Source: Octopus sinensis
Taxonomy: Eukaryota
Direction: 5' to 3'
DNA: 39,714 bases
Assembly (NCBI RefSeq): GCF_006345805.1
Contig: NW_021835525.1
Location: 1-39,714 of the forward strand
Made by a program: the position numbers and the translations under genes. Shown in pieces: positions 10,866 through 21,395 of the stretch (position 1 is its first letter; the number at the start of each line of letters is the position of its first letter). The notes under the pieces were generated by a model. That model was given only the letters and a program-made list of their open reading frames with translations. It ran no database searches and was not told where the DNA came from.

Positions 10866-12060
10866 TTTGTGTCTGTTGGTTATATATTGCTGATGATTAT
10901 TATTGAGAGAATTTAATTGTGTGTCGGAGCTTTCAAATTTACTAGTTGATGTGGGTTCAGTAATATGGTCAGTATTATTCTTATCTAAATAATTATTGGA
11001 ATAAATAGAATAGGTGCTATTGTTTTTGTTGTACTTAATTTGATATTCATATCCTTCCTTCTTAAGTGCTAGGTTATAATAGTGCTTGTGTTTGTTAAAC
11101 ACTTCCTCATAAGTTAATTCTACTTCTTTTGTTAGAGGCCCAGTTATTTATAATATTATAAGGATGGTTACTTCGTACATGTATGTATGTGATATTATTA
11201 TTAGGTTTATCGTAAGGTTGATAAGATGATGTTTTAAGGGTAAAGTTAACATCTAGGAAGTTCACTGAGTTGTAATCTTTTTCAGTGGTGATGGCTAGTC
11301 CTTGGTTTTTGAAGAAGTTCTGTAATCTTTTTATGTTTAGCTCAAGTTTTCTGTTGGAGGTATTTCTAACTAAAAACAGTCTGTCATCGCGGTAAAGACC
11401 ACCTTCCAATTCAGAGAATTCTTTGAGTAAGTGTAAAAGGTACATTCCAACTAACTCGGTGACTTCAGCGGAGTCTTGTGCACCCATGGGTATATCGATA
11501 TAATCTGGAGTGTCCTTCTGAGTCCAATATATACCTTGATGAAATATTATAGTTTTTCTAGCTTCAGTTATTATATTAATTCCATTCATTGATAAATTAG
11601 TCCTATTCTTGGTGAATATAAGTGCCTTATTAAGTAATGTAGGATTGATAGCTTGGTAATAGTTGTCTATGTCAAGTTGGATAAATTTACATTTCTTCTT
11701 ACCTTTTATGCTGGTAAACCAGTTGATTGTATCTAGTGTTTTCAACCATAAGTTGAGTTTGGTTTTAGATTTCAGTAATTTCAGGTATTTGTCAAAGATG
11801 AATTTGCTAAGTTTTGCGTTTTTGAGCTCAGAGCTGAGAAAAGTAATAAGGAGGATACAGGAGGCAGTCGAAAAAGCTAGCTTCTATATATGGCTAAAGC
11901 GAGAAGACCAAAAATGGCTTGAAAGCCATAACATCACTAGGTGAGACTGGCTGATGCTTAAGCAGCATTGCTGATTGACAGGTAGTGATCTTGTTTATGG
12001 TGCCCTCTCCCCCTGGTTCGAAGGCTTGGTGTTTGTAAGAATGGGGAGGAAGTCATCCAT

Positions 12061-12472
12061 ACTCTCTTTACTCTTTTACTTGTTTCAGTCATTTGACTGC
12101 GGCCATGCTGGAGCACCGCCTTTAATCAAACAACTCGACCCCGGGACTTATTCTTTTGTAAGCCCAGTACTTATTCTATCGGTCTCCTTTGCCGAACCGC
12201 TAAGTAACGGGGACGTAAACACATCAGCATCGGTTGTCAAGCAATGCTAGGGGAACAAACACAGACACACAAACACACACACGCATATATATATATATAT
12301 ATATATATATGACGGGCTTCTTTCAGTTTCCGTCTACCAAATCCACTCACAAGGCTTTGGTCGGCCCGAGGCTATAGTAGAAGACACTTGCCCAAGGTGC
12401 CACGCAGTGGGACTGAACCTGGAACCATGTGGTTCATAAGCAAGCTACTTACCACACAGCCACTCCTGTGCC
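12061..12472 (-). mobile_element. SINE family A, full length
   Basis: Same head, internal microsatellite and tail as 2478-2905. Confidence 0.9.
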
Positions 12473-12489
12473 TATGATGGAAGTTGTAG

Positions 12490-12680
12490 TCGTGATACCT
12501 GTGCCGGTGGCATGTAAAAAGTACCCACTACACTCACGGAGTGGTTGGCGTTAGGAAGGGCATCCAGCTGTAGAAACACTGCCAGATCAGACTGGAGCCT
12601 GGTGTAGCCTCCTGTCTTCCCAGACCCTGGTTGAACCGTCCAACTCGTGCTAGCATGGAAAACGGATGTTAAATGATGAT
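12490..12680 (+). mobile_element. RTE LINE 3' UTR fragment
   Basis: Module, terminal block and GATGAT tail. Confidence 0.82.
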
Positions 12681-12709
12681 GTTTATGTATATGTAGATAT
12701 ATATGTTTA

Positions 12710-12739
<30 letters not shown>

Positions 12740-12740
<1 letters not shown>

Positions 12741-13039
12741 CACGTGACCGACCAGGCTATCAGATGTTGCTACACACATTGCTGGTCACAATGCGCTTTG
12801 CATTATTTTAGCCTTCAAATGACGCCACCCCGCTGGCTAAGCAACCAGGCCAACAGCAGAAAGAGTGAGAGAAAATTGTGGCGAAAGAGTACAGCAGGGA
12901 TCGCCACCACCCCCTACCGGAGCCTCGTGGAGCTTTGGGTATTTTCGTTCAATAAACACTCACAACGCCCGGTCTGGGAATCGAAACCGTGATCCTATGA
13001 TCGCGAGTCCGCTTCTCTAACCACTGGGCCATCGTGCCT

Positions 13040-13042
<3 letters not shown>
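12740..13042 (-). mobile_element. tRNA-derived SINE family C
   Basis: Reverse complement starts GGAGGCAC.ATGGCCCAGTGG (A-box) ... GGTTTCGATTCCC (B-box). Related to 20067, 27222 and 30480. Confidence 0.85.
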
Positions 13043-13089
<47 letters not shown>

Positions 13090-13199
13090 TTATATAAAAT
13101 AAGGAAGTCAGTTATAAGCAATATAAAGCCAAAAAGGAAATACTCAATTGTTACTACTTGTGACTGACCTCAAAATATAGGTCCCGTCATGACAGTGTA

Positions 13200-13690
13200 C
13201 TAAGAAATGGTTCCGGGTTCAGTTCCACTTAATGGCATCTTAGGCATGTGTCCTCTACTATAGTCTCAGGCTAATCAAAGCCTTGGGAGTGGATTTGGTA
13301 GAAGGAAACTGAAAGTATCCCGTTGTATATATGTATATCTATGTGTGTGTCTGACTTTATACCCCAGCTCTGCTTGGTGTGTTTACATCCATATAACTTA
13401 GCTGTTCAGCAAAGGAGACTGATAGAATGAATACCAGGCTGATGCAAAAAAATTAAGTCCTGGGGTCAATTCATTTAACTAAAAACTTTTCTAGGTGGTG
13501 CTGAAGCCTGGCTACAGCCTAATGACTGAAAGGATTAAAGCATAAAAGATATCTGTGTGTGTCTTTGTTTCTGTGTTTGTCCCCCACGAACTGCTTGGCA
13601 GCCAGTATTGGTTTGTTTATGGCCCTGTAACCTAGCATTTTGCCAAAAGGGACTGATAAAATAAATACCAGGCTTTAAAGAAAAAAAAGT
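13200..13690 (+). mobile_element. Old diverged SINE family A-related copies (one near-complete, one 3' part)
   Basis: GGTTCCGGGTTCAGTTCC, GAGTGGATTTGGTAGA and GACTGATAGAAT motifs with many substitutions. Confidence 0.7.
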
Positions 13691-13691
13691 A

Positions 13692-13862
13692 AGGATTGGC
13701 TGTGTGGTAAGTAGCTTGCTAACCAACCACATAGTTCCGGGTTCAGTCCCACTGCGTGGCATCTTGGGCAAGTGTCTTTTGCTATAGCCCCGGGCCGACC
13801 AATGCCTTGTGAGTGGATTTGGTAGACGGAAAGTGAAAGAAGCCTGTCGTATATATGTATAT

Positions 13863-13908
<46 letters not shown>

Positions 13909-14234
13909 AACAATAATAAATTTCTGAACGAGATATAAACAGTAACTGCTCGACAACGTAAGGGGTATCAGCCATCTGAATGTGGCTAGGGACTGGGCGG
14001 GGTGGTGGGGTGTTACTGATGCTTTTAGCCCCAGGCGATCAACGTCACCAGAAGGACTGACACTATCTCAGTGTCCTTGTTTACTATCTCAGTGTCCTTT
14101 TTTAAACAAACAAGGACACTGAGATAGTGTCAGTCCTTCTGGTGACGTTGATCGCCTGGGGCTAAAAGCATCAGTAACACCCCACCACCCCGCCCAGTCC
14201 CTGGCCACATTCAGATGGCTGATACCCCTTGCGT

Positions 14235-14271
<37 letters not shown>

Positions 14272-14478
14272 ATGTGTGTGTTTGTCCCCCTAGCATTGCT
14301 TGACAACCGATGCTGGTGTGTTTACGTCCTCGTCACTTAGCGGTTCGGCAAAAAGAGACCGATAGAATAAGTACTGGGCTTACAAAGAATAAGTCCCGGG
14401 GTCGATTTGCTCGACTAAAGGCGGTGCTCCAGCATGGCCGCAGCCAAATGACTGAAACAAGTAAAAGAGAGTAAAAGA
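13692..14478 (+). mobile_element. SINE family A copy split at its internal (TA)n by the palindromic insertion
   Basis: 5' half 13692-13855; 3' half resumes after (TA)n(TG)n at ~14280. Confidence 0.88.
13955..14235. repeat. Long inverted repeat, 128-bp arms and 25-nt spacer
   Basis: 13955-14082 is the reverse complement of 14108-14235 with 2 mismatches by eye. Confidence 0.95.
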
Positions 14479-14784
14479 GGTCAATTTCTTCCACTAAAAA
14501 TCCTTCAAAGTGGTGCCCCAGCATTAAAGAATTGAAGATAAAACACACTCACACACACACACACACACACAAAGTTGGTATGAGGATGTATACAACACTT
14601 CAATCCTTGTTGCCAAAATGTCACTTCCTCTTTCATTTTACACAGTTTTCAGTGGAGCTGACATGATGCTGAATGCCAAATGATGTTAAAGGAAAATTAA
14701 TTTGTTTCTGAGAATCACTTGTGGTTTCGTAGAATTTTTATCTGTTTTCCAGTAGTATATCATATATCGGAGTATGTATTTTTC

Positions 14785-15845
14785 AGTGTGTATATATGTA
14801 TATATATGTGTGTGTGTGTCTCCCACTCTTTGTGTGTGTGTGTCTGTGTGTGTGTATATGTGTGTGTGAGTGTGTGTTTGTGCCCGTGTGTGTCTGTGTA
14901 TATATGTGTGTGTGTTTGTGCCTGTGTGTGTATATGTGTGTGTGTGTCTTCCACTCTTTGTGTGTGTGTGTTTGTGAGTGTGTGTCTGTGTGTGTGTGTG
15001 GTGTGTGTGTGTGTGTGTCTTTGTGCCTCTGTGTGTGTGTTTGTGCCTCTCTGTGTGTGTGTGTGTTTGTGCCTCTGTGTGTGTGTGTTTGTGCCTCTGT
15101 ATGTCTTTGTGCTTCTGTGTGTCTTTGTGCTTCTGTGTGTGTGTGTCTTTGTGCCTCTGTGTGTGTCTTTGTGCCTCTGTGTGTGTGTGTCTGTGCCTCT
15201 GTGTGTGTGTGTTTGTGCCTCTGTGTATGTGTGTGTTTGTGCCTCTGTGTATGTGTGTGTTTGTGCCTCTGTGTGTGTGTGCCTTTGTGCCTCTGTGTGT
15301 GTGTGTGTGTGTGTGTTTGTGCCTCTGTGTGTGTTTGTGCCTCTGTGTATGTGTGTGTGCATTTGTACCTCTGTGTGGGGGTTTTTGTGCCTCTGTGTGT
15401 GTGTTTGTGCCTCTGTGTGTGTGTTTGTGCCTGTGTGTGTGTGTTTGTGTCTGTGTGTGTGTGTGTGTGTGTTTGTGCCACTGTGTGTGTGTGTGTGTGT
15501 GTGTTTGTGCCTCTGTGTGTGTGTGTGTGCCTCTGTGTGTGTGTGTGTTTGTGCCTCTGTGTGTGTATTTGTGCCTCTGTGTATGTGTGTGTGTGTGTGT
15601 TTGTGCCCCTGCGTGTGTGTGTGTTTGTGCCTCTGTGTGTGTGTGTGTATTTGTGCCTCTGTGTGTGTGTGTTTGTGCCCCTGTGTGTGTGTTTGTGCCT
15701 CTGTGTGTGTGTGTGTGTGTGTGTTTGGTTGTGCCTCTGTGTGTGTGTGTGTTTGGTTCTGCCTCTGTGTGTGTGTGTTCGTGTGTCTGTTTGTCTGTGT
15801 ATATGTATGTGTATATCTGCATGCATGCATGCGTGTGTGTGTGTG
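14785..15845. repeat. (TG)n-derived minisatellite with recurring TTTGTGCCTC(TG)n unit
   Basis: Direct reading. Produces spurious Cys/Val and His/Thr ORFs. Confidence 0.95.
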
Positions 15846-16094
15846 GGGGGGGGGTAAATGTGAGAGAATAAAAATAGAGCTACTACCAATAACAACAACA
15901 ACAACAACAACAACGATTATCGGGTCATTGCTGATTGTAAGATTGCTGTTATCACATAGCAATTTTATAGATTGCAACCTTGCAATCTCCCTAAATGAAG
16001 AATCGGTAAGTGAGGTGGGTGACCCCTGTTAAGGAGGGACTAAATGGAATACATGTTAACTCTGACCGTCAGCAGCTTTACTTTTTTATTTGCT

Positions 16095-18050
16095 GTCATC
16101 ATCATCATCATCGCCTTCATCATCATCGTAATTGTCCCCAGCATCGTCATTATCATCAACTTCATTGCTATTGGTATCATCGTCAGTGTCATCATCATCA
16201 TCATCATCATCATTTTTGCCATTATCGTCATCGTTCACATCATCATCACCAGCATCATCGCCTTCATCATCATCGTCATTATCATCAGCTTCATTGCTAT
16301 TGGTATCATCGTCAGTGTCATCATCATCATCATCATCATCATTTTTGCCATTATCGTCATCGTTCACATCATCATCACCAGCATCATCGCCTTCATCATC
16401 ATCGTCATTATCATCAGCTTCATTGCTATTGGTATCATCGTCAGTGTCATCATCATCATCATCATCATCATTTTTGCCATTATCGTCATCGTTCACATCA
16501 TCATCACCAGCATCATCGCCTTCATCATCATCGTCATTATCATCAGCTTCATTGCTATTGGTATCATCGTCAGTGTCATCATCATCATCATCATCATCAT
16601 TTTTGCCATTATCGTCATCGTTCAATCATCATCACCAGCATCATCGCCTTCATCATCATCGTCATTATCATCATTTCATTGCTATTGGTATCATCGTCAG
16701 TGTCATCATCATCATCATCATCATCATTTTTGCCATTATCGTCATCGTTCACATCATCATCACCAGCATCATCGCCTTCATCATCATCGTCATTATCATC
16801 AGCTTCATTGCTATTGGTATCATCGTCAGTGTCATCATCATCATCATCATCATCATTTTTGCCATTATCGTCATCGTTCACATCATCATCACCACCGCAT
16901 CATCGCCTTCATCATCATCGTCATTATCATCAGTTTCATTGCTATTGGTATCATCGTCAGTGTCATCACATCATCATCATCATCATCATTTTTGCCATTA
17001 TCGTCATCGTTCACATCATCATCACCAGCATCATCGCCTTCATCATCATCGTCATTATCATCAGCTTCATTGCTATTGTATCATCGTCAGTGTCATCATC
17101 ATCATCATCATCATCATTTTTGCCATTATCGTCATCGTTCACATCATCATCACCAGCATCATCGCCTTCATCATCATCGTCATTATCATCAGTTTCATTG
17201 CTATTGGTATCATCGTCAGTGTCATCATCATCATCATCATCATCATTTTTGCCATTATCGCCATCGTTCACATCATCATCACCAGCATCATCGCCTTCAT
17301 CATCATCGTCATTATCATCAGCTTCATTGCTATTGGTATCATCGTTAGTGTCATCATCATCATCGTCGTCATCATTTTTGCCATTATCGTCATCGTTCAC
17401 ATCATCATCACCAGCATCATCGCCTTCATCATCATCTTCATTATCATCAGCTTCATTGCTATTGGTATCATCGTTAGTGTCATCATCATCATCATCGTCA
17501 TCATTTTTGCCATTATCGTCATCGTTCACATCATCATCACCAGCATCATCGCCTTCATCATCATCGTCATTATCATCAGCTTCATTGCTATTGGTATCAT
17601 CGTTAGTGTCATCATCATCATCATCGTCATCATTTTTGCCATTATCGTCATCGTTCACATCATCATCACCAGCATCATCGCCTTCATCATCATCGTCATT
17701 AGCTTCATTGCTATTGGTATCATCGTTAGTGTCATCATCATCATCATCGTCATCATTTTTGCCATTATCGTCATCGTTCACATCATCATCACCAGCATCA
17801 TCGCCTTCATCATCATCGTCATTATCATCAGCTTCATTGCTATTGGTATCATCGTTAGTGTCATCATCATCATCATCGTCATCATTTTTGCCATTATCGT
17901 CATCGTTCACATCATCATCACCAGCATCATCGCCTTCATCATCATCGTCATTATCATCAGTTTCATTGCTATTGGTATCATCGTCAGTGTCATCGTCATC
18001 ATCGCCATTATCGTCATAGTTCACATCATCATCACCAGCATCATTATTGT
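16095..18050. repeat. 129-bp minisatellite (~15 copies) built from (ATC)n
   Basis: CCTTCATC recurs at 16261 and 16390 (period 129). Markers GCTATTGGTATC and TTTTGCCATT occur in each unit. Confidence 0.95.
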
Positions 18051-18880
18051 CATCATTATCAGCATCACCATCACTATCGTCATCGTCTTCATTGTGCTCA
18101 GAATCCTCACCATCACCCGCATCATCATCATTGTCTTCGTCATCATTATCACCATCATTAACGTTACAATGTCCATGTTACCATCGTTGCATGGATCAAG
18201 ACAGAATTTTGTCGAGGTAAATTTTTTCTGGCCAGACACCCTTCCCGTTGCCAAGACTCACCTGTTTAAATTAAATTGATAACATAAAACACATAAGCAC
18301 TGTCCATTCTAAGGCATCCAGCCATTTTACCCTATATTCTTCATATGGGCGAGGCCATTGGCGAAGCCAGTGTGTTTTCACAGAAGATTAAAAATGAAAG
18401 ACACCATTAGTATAACGGTACTTGTGCTTGCTATGGCATTCCCTTGAGGTGGGTTGAGTCAGCTCCAACCAACAAGTTGGCCATGTCCCTCACAAATGCT
18501 GGTTGGTCCTAACATCCGATGGTTGGTCCTAACAGTCCAGCTGGCAAAGTAATGCTATTGCCTGTGGCCCAAGAATCCAGCTTCCAAATTTGACAACTTA
18601 CCCTTCCATGCTTCGAAGAGCATGGACACCATAGCAGTCAGTTATTGTTGAGATGTAGAGTTCATGTTTGGAGTATTCAGAAGGAATACGCCAAACATGG
18701 TCCCAGGTCACATTCATACAATCTTTGGGATAGTGTAACGCATAGCAGCTCTTCTTGCAGTTGATTATCAACTATCACAGAGGATTCTCTGACGAAGTCG
18801 TTGCCGAATTTTGGAGCAGGTGTAGCCTGGGTGTGAAACGGGTGGTACACATGCCAGTCGACCCATGGCTGGGACCCTAA

Positions 18881-19097
18881 CGAGCTGGCAGAATCGTTAG
18901 CGTGCCTGGTGAAATGCTTAATGGTATTTCGTCTGCCACTACGTTCTGAGTTCAAATTCCGCCAAGGTCGACTTTGCCCTTTATCCTTTCGGGGTCGATA
19001 AATTAAGTACCAGTTACGCACTGGGGTCGATGCAATCGACTTAATCTGTTTGTCTGTCCTCTCTGTGTTTAGCCCCTTGTGGGTAGTAAAGAAGTAG
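18881..19097 (+). mobile_element. SINE family B monomer
   Basis: GAGCTGGCAGAA head, GAGTTCAAATTCC B-box, GTCGACTTTGCC..ATCCTTTCGGGGTCGATAAATTAAGTACCAG central domain, TAAAGAA tail. Confidence 0.85.
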
Positions 19098-19141
19098 GTG
19101 CTACTGCTCTGGGATAGAGTAGACCTTGGAACAATAGTGTA

Positions 19142-19397
19142 AGTAAGTAAGAAAGGTCCTTCTCGAGTCATACAGACTCAGAAGGGCTGGTTTCCTGGTT
19201 TCCATGGCATATATGTTCCCCACTTGAACGGGACGCTAGTCTGTTGCAGGATTACTCATTTTTGCCAGCTGAGTGGACCGGAGCAATGTGAAATGAAGTC
19301 TTTTACTCAAGAACACAATGCGTTGCCTGGCCCAGGAATTGAAACCAGAATCTTACAATCACAAGTCCAACACACTAACCACTTAGCCACGCACCTC
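19142..19397 (-). mobile_element. Older tRNA-derived SINE sharing its 3' module with 20067-20360
   Basis: Reverse complement has TGGCTAAGTGG A-box, GGTTTCAATTCC B-box, GACTAGCGTCCCGT..GGGGAAC..GAAACCAGGAAACCAGCCCTT and a (CTTA)n tail. Confidence 0.75.
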
Positions 19398-19572
19398 ATT
19401 TGGAACAATAGTGACTAACAGGTACTTCCACACCCCTCAAAACCCAGGAATTCCCATTCCAAAGTCTCACTACCGGATGCAATTTAAAATTCTACCCTGG
19501 ACTTTATATGATCGTAACCCTTGTTTGCAACTGTGATGTGATGTCAAAACAGAGACGTACACATAAACATAT

Positions 19573-19841
19573 AGCGTTGGCTGCGGGGTCACTCCGAAAA
19601 GCTCTATCTGCGACGATTTCATCTCAATCGAAGGAGAGGGGCTTTCTCCGTCCGGGTTGCGGATCCGTGGAATAAGCTGCTGGACGAGATAATGAAGATG
19701 CTGACGACCGCTCGGTTCAAAGTCTCTCTTGACCAGAAATGGCCTGAACTTTTTGCATGAACACCCTCTCTGTACATAACTCCATGTCCCCCTACATGGC
19801 CTTGCTTTTTGCTTTTTGAGCCAAAAAATTAACTTAACTTA
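19573..19841 (+). mobile_element. CR1/L2-clade LINE 3' end
   Basis: Translates LRGHSEKLYLRRFHLNRRRGAFSVRVADPWNKL...FKVSLD*, matching the typical CR1 ORF2 C-terminus (RGH..KL, FS.RV...WN.L, FK..LD). Short UTR and (TTAAC)3 tail. Confidence 0.85.
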
Positions 19842-20066
19842 ACACTAACCACTTAGCCACGCACCTCACTTGGAACGGCAGTGGCTAACAGGTACTTCCA
19901 CACTCCTCAAAACCCAGGAATTCCCATTCCAAAGTCTCACTACCGGATGCAATTTAAAATTTTACCCAGGACTTTCTATAATTGTAACCCTTGTTTGCAA
20001 CTGTGATGTAATGTCAAAACAGAGATGTACACATAGACATATGCATTCACACATATAAAGATGTGT

Positions 20067-20360
20067 AGAGGCACATGGCCTAGTGGTTAGAGCAGTGGAC
20101 TCGCGGCCGAGGGATCACGGGTTCGAATCTCAGACCGGACGATGTGTGTGTTTATGAGCGAAACACCTAAGCTCCACGCGGCTCCGGCAGAAGGTAATGG
20201 CGAAACTTCTGCTGACTCTTTCGCCACAACTTTCTCTCACTCTTACCTCCTGCATCTTGCAGCTCACCTGTGATGGACTGGCGTCCCGTCCAGTTGGGGA
20301 ACCTATACGCCAAGAAACCGGGAAACCGGCCCTTATGAGCCAGGCATAGCTTGAGAAGGA
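20067..20360 (+). mobile_element. tRNA-derived SINE with family C head and alternative tail
   Basis: TGGCCTAGTGG A-box, GGTTCGAATCT B-box, A-rich tail. Confidence 0.85.
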
Positions 20361-20379
20361 ACAAAAAAAAAACAAACAC

Positions 20380-20565
20380 ATGTACAGATACACACACTTA
20401 CATGCACGTGCAATGGACTTCCTTCAGCTTTCATATTCATGCACAAAGCTTTGATTGGCCCTGGGGCTATAGTAGAAGACATCTGCCTAAGATGCCACTG
20501 AATGGGACTGTACTCAAAACTATGAGGCTGGCCTGCAAACTTCTTCACCACACAGATTTACCTAC
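20380..20565 (-). mobile_element. Diverged SINE family A 5' half
   Basis: GCTATAGTAGAAGACA and GGGACTG..CTT.ACCACACAG motifs. Confidence 0.65.
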
Positions 20566-20735
20566 ACCTATTAACCTGTGGGAATGATTGTTATTACTGT
20601 TTAGCCATCCCAACCATGAACATCCTGTCTCTTATCTGATATATTGCATATCAAAGATTACATTATTAAATATGGCTTTTGAAGAGGGATTTGATTGCTA
20701 TATCTAGCAGGCTGATCAGTCACAATAAGAATGTG

Positions 20736-21144
20736 AAGCTGGCAGAAACGGTAGCACGCTGGGCGAAATGCTTAGCAGTATTTCGTCTGTCGCTACATTC
20801 TGAGTTCAAATTCCGCCGAGGTCGACTTTGCCTTTCATCCTTTCGGGGTTGATAAATAAAGTACCAGTTGCTCACTGGGGTCGATGTAATCGACTTAATC
20901 CCTTTGCCTGTCCTTGTTTGTCCCCTCTATGTTTAGCCCCTTGTGGGTAATAAAGAAATAGGTATTTCGTCTGTCGTTACGTTCTGAGTTCAAATTCCGC
21001 CGAGGTTGACTTTGCCTTTCATCCTTTCGGGGTTGATAAATAAAGTACCAGTTGCTCACTGGGGTCGATGTAATCAACTTAATCCCTTTGTCTGTCCTTG
21101 TTTGTCCCCTCTATGTTTAGCCTCTTTTGGGCAATAAAGAAATA
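20736..21144 (+). mobile_element. SINE family B dimer (184-bp period)
   Basis: GTATTTCG at 20778 and 20962; junction AAGAAATA|GGTATTTCG. Confidence 0.9.
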
Positions 21145-21395
21145 TATATTGATGTCCTACATTAGCTTAATGCCTGAAATTTCACAGTAGGGGGACATAA
21201 TCAATGGAAAAGACCCTACTTATTTTATCAGTCCCAGGTTGATAGATGTCCCAAGTCATCCATGTCAAGATTTGGAATATGACAGCTTGTAACTACCTTA
21301 TTTACCCACATATAAACCACATCCCAGTTTTTTTCACATAAGAATCAAATATAAAACGGTGTGACTTATACCTGAGTAAATATGGTAACTATATA

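Larger units (their letters stand above)
8040..11830 (-). mobile_element. Fragmented Penelope-like retroelement (RT, thumb, C-terminal GIY-YIG endonuclease) interrupted by several later insertions
   Basis: ORF 11107-11745 has FIQLDIDNYY, DIPMGAQDSAEVTELVG, GLYRDD, VNFLDV and YIHVRSNHP (PLE RT and thumb). ORF 8279-8617 has CNCR..C, VEYQA and TYIKCTQNSFKLR (degenerate Cys-linker plus GIY-YIG). Linker remnant NIIWIIIPF at ~9960. Confidence 0.85.

Noticed and set aside
11107-11745. Functional reverse transcriptase, retron or telomerase-like host gene
   Set aside because: A fragment of a frameshifted, multiply interrupted Penelope-like element with degenerate motifs.
14686-16032. 300-440 aa Cys/Val and His/Thr ORFs
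   Set aside because: Open in all frames because TG repeats lack stops; no domain content.
16010-18279. Long poly-Ser/His/Ile ORFs and Asp-rich minus-strand ORFs as protein genes
   Set aside because: They arise from a 129-bp (ATC)-based tandem repeat; frames switch at indels and no splice or start context supports them.
18400-18870. Possible LINE coding remnant on the minus strand (VTWDHVWR)
   Set aside because: Too short and degenerate to assign without a search.
20067-20140. tRNA gene (also 12970-13042, 24040-24110 and 27315-27390)
   Set aside because: A and B boxes are present, but the acceptor stem is poor and the sequence continues into SINE bodies; these are SINE heads.
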